Source: Pseudomonadota bacterium
GTDB lineage: Bacteria; Pseudomonadota; Gammaproteobacteria; Xanthomonadales; Xanthomonadaceae
Assembly: GCA_018242485.1 (NCBI GenBank)
Contig: JAFEBV010000039.1
Coordinates: 1,057 to 65,056, forward strand
Length of the DNA stretch: 64,000 bases
Direction of reading: 5' to 3'
The notes under the pieces are model-generated. The model was not told where the DNA came from, did not search any database, and saw nothing but the letters and a program-made list of their open reading frames with translations. Each line of letters opens with the position of its first letter. Within the stretch, counting starts at the first letter, position 1. Below, piece after piece: positions 63,067-64,000 of this stretch. Made by a program: the position numbers and the translations under genes.

Positions 63067-64000
63067 TCAATCGTGCGCCGCCTCCGCGAACGCACTGCGC
63101 GCGGCTTCCAGCGTCGCGGCGATGTCTTCCTCGGTATGCGCGGAGGACATGAAGCCCGCCTCGAACGCCGAGGGTGCGAGGTACACACCGCGCTCGCGCA
63201 TGCCGTGGAAGAAGCGCCGAAACATCGCCACGTCGCAGGCGGTGGCCTGCGCATAGGTTTCCACCTTCGCATCGGTGAAGAACAGTCCGAACATACCGCA
63301 CACGCGGTTGCTGCTGAATGGCACGCCGGCTTCGATCGCCATCGCGCGCAGGCCGTCGGTGAGCAGGCGGGTCTTGCGATGCAGTTCGTCGTGGAAGCCG
63401 GGCTGCTGGATCAGCTCCAGCGTCGCCAAACCTGCCGCCATCGCCACCGGATTGCCCGACAACGTACCGGCCTGATAGATCGGCCCGGCCGGCGCGATCT
63501 GGTTCATCAGCTCGCGACGGCCACCATACGCGCCGACCGGCATGCCGCCACCGATGATCTTGCCGAAGGTGGTCAGGTCGGGGGTGACCCCGTACAGCGC
63601 CTGTGCGCCGCCCAGCGCCACCCGGAAACCGGTCATCACCTCGTCGAAGATCAGCAGCGCGCCATGCCGCGTGCACAGTTCGCGCAGGTGTTGCAGGAAG
63701 CCCTCGCGTGGCGGGATGCAATTGGCATTGCCGACGATGGGTTCGATGATCAGCGCGGCGAGGGTGTCACCGTGCGCGTCGAACAGTGCGGTGGCGGCGT
63801 CGAAATCGTTGTACGGCAAGGTGAGAGTGAGGTCGGCCAGCGCCTTGGGCACGCCGGGCGAATCGGGCACGCCGAGGGTGAGCGCGCCCGAGCCGGCCTT
63901 GACCAGAAACGAATCGCCGTGGCCGTGGTAGCAGCCTTCGAATTTGACGATGCGGTTGCGCCCGGTCGCGCCGCGGGCGAGGCGGATCGCCGACAGCGTG
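63067..64000 (-). CDS. hemL: glutamate-1-semialdehyde 2,1-aminomutase (N-terminus beyond window edge)
   Basis: [17 protein letters not shown] (PLP lysine region) and [12 protein letters not shown]. The reading frame stays open to position 64000. Confidence 0.93.
   Translation of the reverse strand, partial: TLSAIRLARGATGRNRIVKFEGCYHGHGDSFLVKAGSGALTLGVPDSPGVPKALADLTLTLPYNDFDAATALFDAHGDTLAALIIEPIVGNANCIPPREGFLQHLRELCTRHGALLIFDEVMTGFRVALGGAQALYGVTPDLTTFGKIIGGGMPVGAYGGRRELMNQIAPAGPIYQAGTLSGNPVAMAAGLATLELIQQPGFHDELHRKTRLLTDGLRAMAIEAGVPFSSNRVCGMFGLFFTDAKVETYAQATACDVAMFRRFFHGMRERGVYLAPSAFEAGFMSSAHTEEDIAATLEAARSAFAEAAHD

Overview
GC-rich chromosomal window from a gammaproteobacterium. Gene content (oleABCD, XrvA-type H-NS, MCE/Mla-like operon) suggests Xanthomonadales/Lysobacterales, but this is not proven. 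About 55 protein genes can be called and most are housekeeping. They include peptidoglycan recycling (ampG, anmK, M23 peptidase), tyrS, uvrB, rplY-pth-ychF, truC, ubiJ-ubiB, arfB, the glyoxylate shunt (LysR regulator, aceB, aceA), rsgA, maeB, ETF-QO, alkB, proS, pssA, rimI, uppP, glnA-amtB, lipA and hemL (3' edge). No rRNA, tRNA or CRISPR was recognised. Accessory content: (1) a complete olefin cluster oleA-oleB-oleC-oleD; (2) a roughly 1,900-codon alpha-2-macroglobulin-family gene split by a 1-nt frame break; (3) two toxin-antitoxin loci, hicB-hicA followed by an orphan higA, and a ParE/RelE pair; (4) a DUF559 endonuclease gene wedged between oleC and oleD. The most unusual signal is non-coding. 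Nearly every longer intergenic gap holds hairpin REP/MITE-like repeats of at least four recurring families, or tandem heptanucleotide arrays. One MITE copy sits in frame inside oleC. The DUF559 gene is bracketed by inverted REP units and has a truncated duplicate beside it. My best candidate for an undescribed system is a REP-bounded DUF559 cassette that may be linked to the repeat families; this is a hypothesis only. All calls come from reading the sequence and ORF translations. No database search was run.
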